From Dipteris shenzhenensis (lineage: Eukaryota): 64,000 nt of DNA. The notes under the pieces are model-generated. The model searched no databases and was not told the DNA's origin. It saw nothing but the letters and a program-made list of their open reading frames with translations. The stretch lies in NCBI GenBank assembly GCA_047967505.1, contig CM106538.1. One strand, given 5' to 3'. A program made the translations under genes and the position numbers. Of the stretch, positions 35,001 through 47,000 are shown piece after piece. Positions within the stretch are counted from its first letter, which is position 1. Each line of letters starts with the position of its first letter.

Positions 35001-38000
35001 GGCTTGACACCCTTCACCCTTATGGGCTTAGAAATCTTCTTTAGCAGAAGTACATTCAAACACTGTTCTGCCCATAATGCATAATTGTGTGCTCCTTCCA
35101 ATTTCTTTATGTTCAGAATTGAAGAATCACTTCCCCCTGATGCCATATCAGATAAGGGAAGTACCTGAATCCCTGTAAGTCAAAAAATGACTGAATAAAG
35201 TTCTGATTTCTCAGAAAAAACCTGCTCTATCAAGAGCCAGAAGCACTCACAATAGTGCTGTTTTTTTTTTTTTACTGTCAAAAGAATCTGCAGCAAAACA
35301 GTAAATTTCCCTCCAGTTACTGTACCTTCTGACACACTGTACCGTGCTCAAATAGGCATAAAACAGTAATTTCAGAATGCTGCAGCTGTTCCACAGGTGC
35401 TTTAACAGTGCATCATCATCTGATGAAGCATAAAGCACTGCTGTCCTGATCACTTCTCCCACCTCAGATGAGGTATTGCACTGCTTTTATATGCATAAAC
35501 CACTTGTCATACACTGTGTTGTTCACTGTAAAAGAGGCTCCAAACACTTCAGCCTGTCACAAACCTGCAACAGAAAATGGGACAAATCCCAAGCAATCAC
35601 CCTTCTGCCAAGGGGATAAAAGGCATCTGAAGGTCTCAAACGGTAACCCAAGTGCTCTCAAGCAAAATCTGGGCAAAAGCCCCTTGATTTGACACCTGTA
35701 CCAAGTGAAGAACACCTCAACACTGATATATCATACAAAATGTAGCGCTCTCCTGGCACTTTCACCTGACAATGCAATACATAAACAGCCCTGTGTACAC
35801 AATAACAACACAGATCCCAACGTACAGACACTGAAGAGAAAATCTTTTGAGCACTGTCAACGATGGACAGTTAGGGACCGAGTAAACTCGATGCGCCCTG
35901 GCCAAGCGTGGCTCAACTGAGATTTTCAAAAGGTGTCGTACACAAAATGTGACCTGCAAGAAATGTCACTGAGTACACTGCGGAAACAAGACTAATGTGG
36001 GCTCCCTGGCTCCACACTGCATAAGCTTCCAGGCAAAAGCCCTTTGAAAATGTCACCCAAAAGCTGAGATTTGCACTCAGCAAAAGCATAAAAGCCCTCT
36101 GCAAAATCAAGGCATTACCTTCACGAAACAAGATAACTGTGCAATCAACCACACACTGTGGTACTAGTCACCTCAAGCACGAGGGACACGAAGGTACTTG
36201 CTGTACTTTCAAAACACAGTTTTGAGAACTGAAAATGATCCTGAATGAAGAGCAGAGTGCTCTCTCTCCTTTCCTCTTCCCAAAAAAAAAAATGTACCTG
36301 CTGTACTTTCTGTACCTTTGTACTAGTGCAGGGTACCAAAGTACCTGCTGTACCTGTGTAGGGTACAGATCCAAGAAGAGAAAAAAAGAAATTTTCGAAA
36401 TGCAAATCTCTGATGAAGCTCCCTGACGCAGAAGTTCCTAACGCAGCCCTTGCCTCAGTACGGTCGACTGCTGTCCATACAGTTGTACGGACGACCGTAC
36501 GTCCGTACACGACTGTACGGAAATGGCGTGATCACCGGCTGCTGCCTGCAGCAGCGCCCACGCATGCGCTGCCTGTCTGCCCGCGCTGCTTGCGCGTACG
36601 TGCGCGCCGCCTTGCCCTGCTCGCAGCTGTAGCAGCTTGCAGCTGCTGTTGCTGTTCGGCGCCGCCTTGCCCTGCTCGCAGATCCGCTGCAGCCCGCGCT
36701 ATTGCCCGCGATACACCCTCGCCGCCCCGCGTTGCTGTCCCGTGCTGCAGCCCTAGCTGCTTGCGCAATGCCAAAAGGGCACAAGTCCCGAGGGGGTAGA
36801 GGGAGAGGTAGGCAGGGGTAGGGAGGAAGTGAGGCTCTGATACCAGTTGAAGGTGAAGGAAAGAGGGAGAAGTACAAGAGGGAGAGGGTGAGAGAGAGGA
36901 GAGACACTCAAGATGCGGGTGTGAAGTGATGAGCCACACCACAAACTCTTAAGTTTTATTAGGATTAGGTTTTCCCTATGACTGTCTTAAGACAGTCATA
37001 GGTGTCATATCTTTAATAAAGGGGTGGCAATGTGCCTTTACCCCAACAATATGCCCCCTTGCTCGTCAGTTGGTTGAGGCTGGGGCTGACCCTATGTATA
37101 GGGCCCCCTCCCCTTGTTTGTTTTCATCTTCTCAGGTGGTTTTTGCCTAGTGATATAGAGGGCTTTTCCCAAGAGATCACTTGAGCAGTCTCTCTCCCTT
37201 TTTATCCATGTGTGCATTTCTTTGTTGAGTGCTCTCTCTCACCCACAGTGTCCATTCTGCTACGCACTCTCACAACAGGTGGAGCTGGCCCGAATAAATC
37301 TTGAAGATGGGCGCTTCCAAACTCTGAAGAGGTTTCTCATGAAGGGGGAGTCCTTCCCAATGAGGGGAGACTCCAAGAAAATCCACTTGTGGGACTGCTA
37401 CTACTGACCACCTCTGCGGGGGAGTGTTCCTAAGAAGCCCACCCTGTAGCAAGAGGGTTCAGAGCTTAGAGCCTGGAGTGAGACCACGCACCATAGCTTG
37501 CCCCGAAGAGCTCTACTTTGCAACTCTGGGTCGATGATGCCAAAGCCCCCTTGGGCTTATGGCATAATCACAGTCTGCCACGCCACCCTGACTCGGGTGT
37601 TCCAAGTGCCATTTGATCATGCCCAAAGGAAGTTACGCACCAAGTGCCTAAGCTATCCCATTCAACCCCTCTAAAAACACCAACACGAAGCTATGTACCA
37701 AGCTGTGGCAAGGAGTACCTGGTTTGCCACCAAGGCCCTGCCTGCTGTGAGAGCTTAGCCCAGCTCCAATATAGAAGCTCGTGCCCGTACTCTCTCTAAT
37801 AGCTAGGCAATCTACTGCTCTACTATAATGTCTATGCCCACGTGGCATCCAAGGTATCTCATTGTCTGCCCTCACAAGAACCATATGAAACCCAAGGCCA
37901 CCCCCAAAACTCGGACCTCCTCAGTTGCTGTAAGAAAGCCAACTGATTTGGCCCAGTTGATCCTAGCTAGCCCAATAAAGCCGCACAATAGGTGGCTAGA

Positions 38001-41000
38001 GCCTCCCTAACCACATCAAGGCTTGCTATGAAACACTCCACATAAAGTGGAGTGTCGTCTGCAAACTCTGAGCCTAGTAGCTCCTCCTCTAGACGGATTA
38101 AGAGTCTCATTCCTATAAGGCCCCTAGCCTAAGAGCACACAAAACTAGCCCAACATTGGTCTCCGCTATGAAAAGAAAGAGGAAGGGAACAACGGGGCAG
38201 CCCTGTTGAACTGAACGATAGAGATAGAGAGAACCTTACCCGTATGGCCATGATAAGCATTTGATTGGAGCTACCTGCGTACAAGGCCGAGACCCCTCGG
38301 ATCCACCTATCTGAGAAACCTAAACAATGCATGTGCCCTCCAAGAGTGGGAGGTAGGATCACAAGGGGGAAGGGAGGCATGGACAAGACCGGCAGGGAGA
38401 TAGTGGAGGAAAGGCCATTCAGGATAAGGAACCCCCTTGATCTTGTTGTTGGGTCGGCTCTTGGTGCTCTGTCCCCCCACCGTCCGTGGATCTACTGAAC
38501 GTCGAAAAAGGTCTCATCCTCCAGGGTACGAGGGCAGTCCGCTGAGGCATCCTCCAATTGCTAGATACCTCCTGCTCTGCCATCATATGCTCTTAAAGTC
38601 TGAGTTGTCATTTGCGGTTCTTCAAAGCATTCTTGCTGGGCTTTTGCACTTCACCCTAGTCCAAGCCAATCCAAAAGGCTCTACCCAAGGTGCCTCAGAA
38701 ACCACCCGCTGTCCTGACCCGCATTGCGCTCTCTGGGCGAGCAGCCCTCTACCCTTAGCGCTGCAGTGGGGAATCCCTAGCTGAATTGTCATGAAGCTGT
38801 AAATACTCCAAAGTCATAGTTTTAGTTGACCATTTATTGATCATAATTAATGAGTTCTTCATTTATTTAATTATGTTCAAAGAGTTATATTTATTTGGTC
38901 AAAGTATTGACTTCGGTCAAAGATAATTAACCTCAGTTAAGTAAGCCTAACCTCGATTAGGAAGACTTGGCTTTGGCCAAGATGGTTAACCACAGTTAAC
39001 CAAAGAACCAAAGTGCTAACTTTGGTCAAAGAGTGTTGACTTCGGTCAACAAGACTAGGCTTACGCCAAGAGGGTTAAATTTGATTAACCAAGATGTGCC
39101 AACCTCGATTGGAGAGACTTGGCCATAATTAAGGTGCTTCTACTGATGATCAAGCCCTTAATTATGACCAAGAGGGTTCACTTTGGTCAACTAAAGAATT
39201 TGTTCTATGTTATGTGCACATGTTTGCTTTGTGGGAACGCCCACAATGACCAGGATTAGTCCATGGATTATTATTTGCATGCAAAGCGATAACCATTAAC
39301 GGGTGCCATGGTTGTGCGCTTTAGTTAAGGTACCGAGAGGGATTGAAAGCCTAAGCGATATGGAGTTTAGCAAGCGACCAGGGATGGTTCGTGTGACCTA
39401 GTGCTTCAAAGACCCCAGAAAATTGCCCTTCCAGGCATGTAATAGGAATTCATCTAGAATTTGGACACTTGGCATGTTGCCAAAAGAAATGAGCTTTGAG
39501 CTCCCTTAAATTCTTCACGTATGATTTTTCTGTAAGCAGCCCGTGAGCTGAACTCTTGTACTCAGATTTTCTAAATGAATAAAGACCTTCGGGGGGGTCC
39601 AGCCCGACATGTCTTGGGCCCTAGTGTGCGTGAGAGAGAGAGTGAGTGAGAGAAGGAGATTATGTTTTCTCAGACCAGACTGCACAACCAGCCAAAGAGA
39701 AAGAAATCGATGTTACTTTTTTTAGTTTTACATTATATCAGAGCCATGGATTCATTGCCTTCTGAGGTGGTAGCAATTCTACGCTTTGAAGCGATACATA
39801 GAAGCGCCAAACTGATTGGCCGTCGGTTCTTTACAGACGGATTTTGATGGTGCTATGTGTCGTTGCTTTGTTTGGGTGAGGCAAAGAATCAAGATTCGTT
39901 GCAGACGTCACACTAGTCAACGATACTATCTTTTTGCCTATGCAATTTAATTGAATTCGTCACAGGAGGTTATACCTGGATGAATCCAAGAACATTCCCA
40001 AACTCATCCTCTAAAAACACAACATCGTGCAGTTTCAATCTCACGATAGTCACTCGTAAGATTGAAAACCATAAACTCCATCACGCATAGTAGGGACTAG
40101 CTACTATGATATCCCCGCTGACGTCATCAGCACCCAACAGTGGGTGTAGACCATAGTATAAAAATATGCTCTCACACATACAATCCACACCCACACATAC
40201 TTGAGCATCCATTTATACGAAGTCTTTGTACTGAGTTTCTGTCGGCATTCGGGAGGTGAAGGTCAGACTTAGCCATGACGAAGACTGGCACTAAAGGAGA
40301 AGGCTAATCAAAAAGTAATCCAAAATCTCTTCGTTAAAGTTACAACTACTTGTGAAGTCTAAACGATTTCATTTTAGTCTCTCCCAAACGAGCATCTAAA
40401 TCTAGCTGATAGGGCAACGCACCATTTAAGATAGAAAGAGTTATCGCAATACCAACTGGCTGCAACTTGGACGAAAACTTCACAAGGTGAAATTTGCATG
40501 TCCGCTAATACCGCAGTAGCATATACCTAGATGAATCCAGAAACATTCCCAAACTCATCCTCTAAAAACACAACATAGTACAGTTTCAATCTCACGATAG
40601 TCACTCATAAGATTGAAAACCATAAACTCCATCACGCATAGTAGGGACTAGCTACTATGGCATCCCCACTGACATCATCAACGCCCAACAGTAGGTGTAG
40701 ACCATAGTATAAAAATATGCTCTCACACATACAAATCCACACACCCACACATACTTGAGCATCCATTTATACAAAGTCTTTGTACTCAGTTTCTGTCAGC
40801 ACTCCGGAGGTGAAGGGCAAACTCAGCCATGACGAAGGCTAGCACTAAAGGAGACGGCTAACCAAAAAGTAGTCCAAAATCTCTTCATTCAAGCTACAAC
40901 TGCTTGTGAAGTCTAAACGATTTCAGTTTAGTCTCTTCCAAATGAGCATCTAAATCTAGCTGATAGGGCAACGTCACAAGAGGTTACGCCATAGTAGTGG

Positions 41001-44000
41001 GAGATCATTGTTTCGGGTGCTTCTTGAGCATAAAGTCACGTCGGGTGGGCACCAAGAGAATCTTCAAGCGGCATATGAAATGTTCGGGGTAGTCGAGGGT
41101 GAATTCGCTCACACGAACAAGTACAAGACATAGACAAGGCCATTGTGGTGAATGATCTTCACAGAACTTGCGGCTTGAGTCGATTTCTGAGCGCAACTAT
41201 ACCATGATGCAAACCACGGGAAGAATCGACACCTCCAACCCCAACAAGCAAAGCGAACATAACCTTGCAAATTGCCTCAGTTGACGCCCGACGCCGCACG
41301 ATCGTTGCTCGATCTAACTAGCTAATTGATGACGTGAGCACCTCTGTCGTGTGGCCGGTGATATTGGTTCAAGAAATAGACAAGGCCATTGTGGTGAATG
41401 ACATAGACAAGGCCATTGTGGTGAATGATCTTCACAGAACAAGTACAAGACATAGACAAGGCCATTGTGGTGAATGATCTTCGCAGAACTTGCGGCTTGA
41501 GTCGATTTCTGAGCGCAACTATACCATGATGCAAACCACGGGAAGAATCGACACCTCCAACCCCAACAAGCAAAGCGAACATAACCTTGCAAATTGCCTC
41601 AGTTGACGCCCGACGCCGCGCGATCATTACTCGATCTGACCAACTAATTGATGATGTGAGCACCTCTGTCGTGTGGCCGATGATATTGGTTCAGTAAGGC
41701 ATCATGAAGGCACAAAGAAGCGTATACGTAGGCGTGACCCATGAGGCCTTTCGTTTTGGATTGACTAATGCCCCGGCTTCTTTCAATAGAATGATGGATC
41801 GTATCTTCCGACCGTATAGACAGTTCACAGGAACCTTCTTCGATGACATTATTGTCTTCTCTAAGTCCGAAGAAGAGCACAAGGAACATCTTGCTACAAT
41901 TTTTCAAGAGCTGCGAAATCACCAGCTCTATGCAAACAGCAAAAAGAGTGAACTCTTTTTGGAAGAGATCCATTACTAGGGGCATATAATATCCAAAGAT
42001 GGGATAGAGATGGATCCGACAAAAATCCAAGCCATTTAGGAATGGCCAAAGCTGAAGACTGTGCATGAAGTCCGTAGTTTCCTAGGCCTGTGTTCTTACT
42101 ACAGAAGATTTATCAGGCATTTCACAAACATAGCCACTCCACTTCACGACCTTACTAAGAAAAATGCAGCTTTCAAATGGGGTATTCTACAAAAGAAAGC
42201 ATTCACCACACTCAAAGAGAAGCTGACCGCATAGCCAATTTTGATTCCAGATTTGTATCAGCCATTTGATGTGGATTGTGGCCTACAGAGCAAGAGACTC
42301 GGGATGCAAATAGATATTTGGGAATCTATGAGAAAGAGTTGCTGGCTGTAATTCATGCCATCCATACATGGAAGCATTATCTTTTGGGTGCAGACAGTTA
42401 AGACAGATTACCAAAGTCTGAGATATTTCTTGACTCAGAGTAAGCTGTGCAAGAAGCATATGAAATGGGCAAACATGCTGTCAATGTATCATTTTCAGAT
42501 TGTCCATCCTCCGGGAGCTCTAAACAGAGTGGCAAATGCCTTGTCTCCAAGACCCCAATTGAACAATGTGACTATTGGTTATCATAGGGATTTGGAAGAC
42601 ATGAGGGAGCAATATGCTAATGATGCAGATTTTGGTGTGATTTTACAGCAAGTGCAGGAGGGGCAGTCCACCAGTCTCTATTCCCTGAAAGATGAGTATC
42701 TAATGAAAGATGACTGCCTATGCATCACCCAGGAGATGAGGAAAAAGATTTTGGAGGAATGCCATGCACCTCCCTATGCTGGGCATAGAGGAATTACAGC
42801 AACAACTCAAGCACTAGAGAGGTGTTTCTTTTGGCTAGCGATACACAAAGATGTACATCAGTTTGTTACATAATGCCTAACCTGTTAGAAGGTCAAATAT
42901 GACAGACGGAAGGCACCTGGCCTACTTATGCCTCTTCCCGTGCCTCAGGCACCATGGGAAAGTATCACAATGGACTTCATTTTTTATTTGCCAAGATCAA
43001 AGTCGGGGAATGATGGGATGTGGGCTATCGTTGATAGATTCAGCAAGCAGGCTCATTTCATTCCAGTACACAAAACTATAAAGGCGGATCTATGGCTAAG
43101 CTTTTCATGGCACAAATCTTTAAGCACCATGGAATGCCTAAGTCCATTGACAATGACCGAGATCCTGGTAGCAAATTCTACAGTGTTGGATTTGCTGAAA
43201 TGCTACACAGCTGACCAAAGTTCAAACTGGGAAAAGTACCTACCAATGGTGGAGTTTGCATACAATAATATCCATTTAAAAGAGGGCTCACTGTTCTGTT
43301 GCTCTCGCATCTTGGGTCACCAAACGGAGTTGTATCTCAAGTTTGTGGATCAGAATCCTGACATTTCAATTGGGCAGAGCAGCTTTGAGCATTATAAGAC
43401 CCGGTACCTCAGGAAACTCAAAGCAAGAATCTTTGTTGTTGCAAAACACACATAGACTTTGACCTAACCTGGCAAGCTATGAATGACTTGTGATTTAGTT
43501 CTATTGGAGCATCGCTCAATGAGGATTGATGCCCATGTCTCCCCGATGAATGTGCAATTTGTAGGCCACCTAGATCCTCGTCATGTGTTGCAAGGGAGTG
43601 CAAGTTTTGTAGCCTGTGGCCTTTGTGGGAGCCAGTGGTTTGTCCAAAGAGAGACCATGAGTGGCACAACTCCACAGGGAAAGCCCCATTTGAGGTCATC
43701 TATGGGAAGGTGCTTCTGCCACCTATCCTGAGGACCAAAGATGAAATATTTGCAGCTAATCGTTTGTCAGAGACCTCCAGACAGCTTTCAGCCAAGTCTG
43801 GACAGCAATTTAATGGTCTCAAGAAAAGCATAAGAGGGCTGCAGATAGGCATAGGAGATAGATAGATCTCAAGGAGGGGGATTGGGTACTTTTTAAGTTC
43901 GAGAAAGTTAGGCTCCGCAAGTTAAAGGGCAAGCAAAAGGTGTATGCAAAGTTATCTTCCAGATACTATGGCCCTTTCCGGGTTACAGAAGAGATTAATG

Positions 44001-47000
44001 AGGCTGCATACAGGTTGGCACTGCCAGAGCATTGGAGGATTCACAATGCCTTTCATGTGAGTCTTGTAGAGAAATTTCAAGGACCGGAACCTACAAAGCC
44101 AGTAACAAAGGATCCACCACAAGTGGATGAGCTGGAGGAAGTCCTTCAACCAGAACAAATTGTGTGTCATACTGTACGCAAAGGCCCCCAGGGCAAGGAA
44201 TTTTACAAGTACTTGTAAAATTCAAAAACTATTCGGCATTGGATGCCAAGTAGATGGATGAAAACATGTTGTCTGATCATCCATACCTTTTGGATATTTA
44301 CAAGGAGACTTTTCAATTAAGGTCAACTGAATAGAAGCCGAGGGGATGTCACCAAGCTTTAAATACTCCAAAGTCAAAGTTTAGATGACCATTTATTCAT
44401 CATAATTAATGAGTTCTTCATTTATTTAATTATGTTCAAAGAGTTATATCAAAGAATTGACTTCGGTCAAAGATACTTAACCTCGGTTAAGTAAGCCTAA
44501 CCCCGATTAGTAAGACTTGGCTTCGGCCGAGATGGTTAACCACGGTTAACCAAAGAAACAAAGCGCTAACTTCGGTCAGAGAGAGTTGACTTCAGTCAAC
44601 AAGACTTGGCTTATGCCAAGAGGGTTAACTTCGATTAACCAAGATGTGCCAACCTCAGTTGGAGAGACTTGGCCATATTTAAGGCACTTCGACTGATGGT
44701 CAAGCCCTTGATTACGATCAAGAGGGTTGACCCTGGTCGACTAAAGAGTTTGTGTTTGCTTGGTGGGGATGCCCACAATGACTAGGATTAGTCCACAGAT
44801 TATTATTTGCTTACAAGGCGCTAACCATTAACGTGTGCCATGGTTGTGCACTTTAGTTAATGATTGCAGGTACCGAGAGAGATTGAAAGCCTAAGCGATA
44901 TGGAGCTTAGCAAGCGACCAGGAAAGGTTCGTGTGACCTAGTGCTTCGAAGACCCCAGAAAATTGCCCTTTGAGGCATGTAATAGGAATTAATCTAGAAT
45001 TTGGATACTTGGCATGTTGCCAAAGAAATGAGCTTTGAGCTCCCTTGTAAATTCTTCACGTATGAATTTTCTGTAAGCAGCCCATGAGCTGAGCTCTTGT
45101 ACTCAGATTTTCTGAATGAATAAAGACCTTTGGGGGGGTCCAGCCCGACATGTTGTCCTAGGCCTGAGTGTGCTTGAGAGAGAGTGAGAGAAGGAGATTG
45201 TGTTTTCTCAGCATCGGACTGCACAACCAGCCAAAGAGAAAGAAATCAACGTTATTTTTCTAAGTTTTACACAGATCCCTCATGCAATCCCAAGCCAAGT
45301 GTCCTAGCAGCCCCACTGTCATCCTGAGTCGAGGGACTCCATCATCTACAGCCACTATCGCTGCCATCTGCGGTGGCAACTCCATCATTGTGCCGAAGGC
45401 TCCTCCAATGGAATGAAGGATGGGTCTATACTCCTTGGGAGCCCCGGAAGTCAAAGAGTCACCAAGAAGCGAGGCACGTCGTGAGTTGAATCCATGTCAT
45501 AAACTGTGAACCCGTGGTACCAAGGGATGAGGTAGACAAGATGCAGGCCCAATAAAAGAGGGCTCCGCTCCACAAGTGACCGGTGGCAAGTGGAGAAGAA
45601 AGCCCCCTCTCCGATAGATGGTAACGTCCTGTATATAGTCTCCATCCAATTCTAAGCTCGCCTGGATCGAATCGTGCACCTGGCTCCTTGTTGGCATTAG
45701 GCCAACTACCCTGCCCACCACTGCTCTATCCTGAAGTGATTGGATTGCTTTCTTCACCTAGTGTTTGTCTTCTGGAGAGAGAAGAACCTTAACAGCTTGA
45801 GTCGAGGGTGCTGCCATGTGAGCCCCTCTGGCCAGACCAACAGTCACCAAGATTCGTTCTTTAGAAGAATAAACACAATTCAATGCACTGCCATAAGGAA
45901 GGGCAAGGAAGAAAAAACCGAAAAGGCTGGCTGAAAGGACCAGCAAACAGGAGGCTCTTATCAAGGGTACAAAGGCACACGGCCTCTGAAAATCTGCTGC
46001 CAAAAAACTCCAAAAAAGAAACACAGCCAGCCACGAGAAGAGCTAGCTGTGGGCTGCTCCCAAAGGCTATAACGACACCAGAGAGGCAGCTCCAAAAAAA
46101 CTCCTGAAGCTCCACGAACACCGCCAACAAGCACCCAAGAGCTGAAGGAAAAGAGCCTTTTACAGCAGGCCCTCCCAATGAAGGGATGGGCAGATATGAA
46201 GCCAAGAATCTGCTCCAACAATGCGCCCAGGGGTTCAGTTTTCATTCATGCAAGTCAGAGCAGGTCTAGCTCTTCCTTGCTGGTCTGGATCCTGGATCGT
46301 GTTGCAGACACGCACCTGCTCTCTAGCGTAGCCCGGATTCCCAGCGCAGTCTTGAGGCTTTCTGGTGGTATGGGAGGCCAGGAGGTTGTGGACCGGTTGG
46401 ATGTAGATGTTCGTTCCAGCAGCCCAGCCTGTGGCTCGGGGGGATGCTCAGATTCTGCGGGTCCTAGACCTGTGAGCATCACGCTTGGGTGGTGAGCATG
46501 CTTGCACTTCTCTTTGTGGTTCTATCATCAGTTGTTTGTGCTTGTGTGCAGCTCCGGATTCCCAGGAGCGATCGTGGTTGTGTCAATATGCTTATTATCA
46601 CAAGCTTCAAAGGCAATTTAGGGGCATGTTGGGAGGATTTAGGGTTGTCCTTTCCATTATTCCATTTCCCTAAGAGGATATTTAAGGAGCATGTGATATC
46701 ATTGGATATAATGTTTAGCCTATGAATGAGTACACCTGTTTTTGACTAATATATGCCCTAAGGGGTAATAAAACCTGAGGATGCAGCACTATGCCTAATG
46801 ATTTTAGGTTAACAATGACGATTGTGAGTTGGGGCACTCCTGCAAATTAAGGATAGTAATTCTTATTCACTAACTAATGACGCCTTAGAAAAACAAACAT
46901 TGCAATTCTAACAGTTGATATTGACTCTGCGCAACAGGCAATCAAAGCCCGTCAAGGGAATATACAACACAAAATTCACCATGCCAAGGCAGCACCTCAG

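Larger units (their letters stand above)
27637..37273 (+). mobile_element. Decayed, internally deleted Copia-like LTR element A (gag remnant, no intact pol); its 3' LTR is interrupted by element B
   Basis: 5' LTR ends ...CA at 28118, followed by PBS TGGTATCAGAGC (28119-28130). Gag-like ORF 28696-29286 and zinc knuckle [14 protein letters not shown] near 29345. PPT GAAAGGGGG then TG at 30275. 3' LTR is split into 30275-30717 and 37049-37273, both matching the 5' LTR. 5' start is uncertain. Confidence 0.75.
38787..45271 (+). mobile_element. Decayed Ty3/Gypsy chromovirus-type LTR retrotransposon C
   Basis: Diverged LTRs 38787-39732 and 44347-45271 (TG...CA); degenerate PBS TATATCAGAGCC; PPT before 44347. 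Pol fragments at 41700-44330: [19 protein letters not shown], RNase [25 protein letters not shown] and chromodomain-like LQPEQIV...KYL. Flanks TGAAT/CAGAT may be a mutated TSD. Confidence 0.9.
27500..46480 (-). mobile_element. Old LINE fragmented by later LTR insertions (pieces at ~45272-46480, ~37274-38786 and ~27500-27636)
   Basis: ORF1 DUF4283-like segment ([22 protein letters not shown]) at 45.3-45.8 kb; RT motif LLGSEFADD near 38060; [19 protein letters not shown] near 37550; RCLWDV near 27610. Heavily deleted. Confidence 0.65.

Noticed and set aside
36413-36944. Overlapping Ala/Arg-rich ORFs
   Set aside because: Expected from the GC-rich Copia leader; no domain signal.
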